IMG/VR virus record: IMGVR_UViG_3300045988_120875
Location: 1 to 37,917 of that record
Origin: a virus
DNA length: 37,917 nt
Direction: 5' to 3' (one strand)
Part shown: positions 37,832 to 37,917 of the stretch, in pieces
How positions within the stretch are numbered: position 1 is the first letter of the stretch
Layout of the letters: each line of letters starts with the position of its first letter
Program-made: the position numbers and the translations under genes
The notes under the pieces: generated by a model
Seen by the model: the letters and a program-made list of their open reading frames with translations, nothing else
The model's database searches: none
Told to the model about the DNA's origin: nothing

Positions 37832-37917
37832 TTATCCATGCTGCTTCGTCTCCTCCTGAGTCTGGTTGAGCAGCATGATTTCTTCCAAGGACAATTCGTT
37901 GCGAGCAACTGCCAGCA
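37832..37917 (-). CDS. C-terminal part of the junction-spanning 73-aa ORF (see 1..197)
   Basis: In-frame continuation ...LLNQTQEETKQHG with stop TAA at 37832..37834. Confidence 0.6.
   Translation of the reverse strand, partial: LAVARNELSLEEIMLLNQTQEETKQHG
37857..37917. repeat. 61-bp direct terminal repeat, copy 2
   Basis: Identical to 1..61. Confidence 0.95.

Overview
The window is a complete, circularly closed temperate tailed-phage (or excised prophage) genome. Bases 1..61 are identical to 37857..37917, giving a unit length of 37,856 bp, and a minus-strand ORF reads straight across that junction. The sequence is GC-rich, with GGAGG-type ribosome-binding sites and many ATGA/TGATG start-stop overlaps. 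These features, a Phage_holin_4_1-type holin and a Cys-rich-KTR protein suggest a high-GC Clostridia-like host, but that is inference only.

There are four modules:
1. A long minus-strand early arm runs from a Cro-like gene at 8473 leftwards through base 1 and on to 35271. It carries an excisionase-like HTH protein, small membrane peptides, a frameshifted Lar-like gene, a PD-(D/E)XK nuclease, an ERF-like annealing protein, SSB, an iteron/AT-rich ori-like gap, a G39P-like loader, a RusA-like resolvase, a PAPS-reductase-family protein, an HNH endonuclease, many zinc-ribbon proteins, two small HTH/sigma-region-4-like regulators, and a terminator-flanked 3-gene cassette of unknown function.
2. A plus-strand lysogeny module (8628..11248) holds a cI-like XRE repressor, a membrane-tethered HTH protein, a zinc-ribbon membrane protein and a tyrosine integrase. 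It is followed by an attP-like AT-rich region with two pairs of tandem 11-bp arm-type repeats.
3. A minus-strand 6-gene accessory operon of unknown function (11568..13826) is driven by a near-consensus promoter and diverges from an RHH gene.
4. A plus-strand late arm (14046..35228) begins with about 0.9 kb of ORF-free, G-tract-rich, hairpin-rich DNA. It then carries tRNA-Asn(GTT), a second tRNA-like gene with an aberrant anticodon arm, scaffold, major capsid, large terminase, portal and tail fibre genes, a holin plus two-domain endolysin, a 677-aa peptidoglycan-binding protein and a 1796-aa polyvalent-type giant protein.

No tail tube, sheath or classical tape-measure set is visible, so a podovirus-like virion is plausible. 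All functional calls come from motif recognition by eye; no database search was run.
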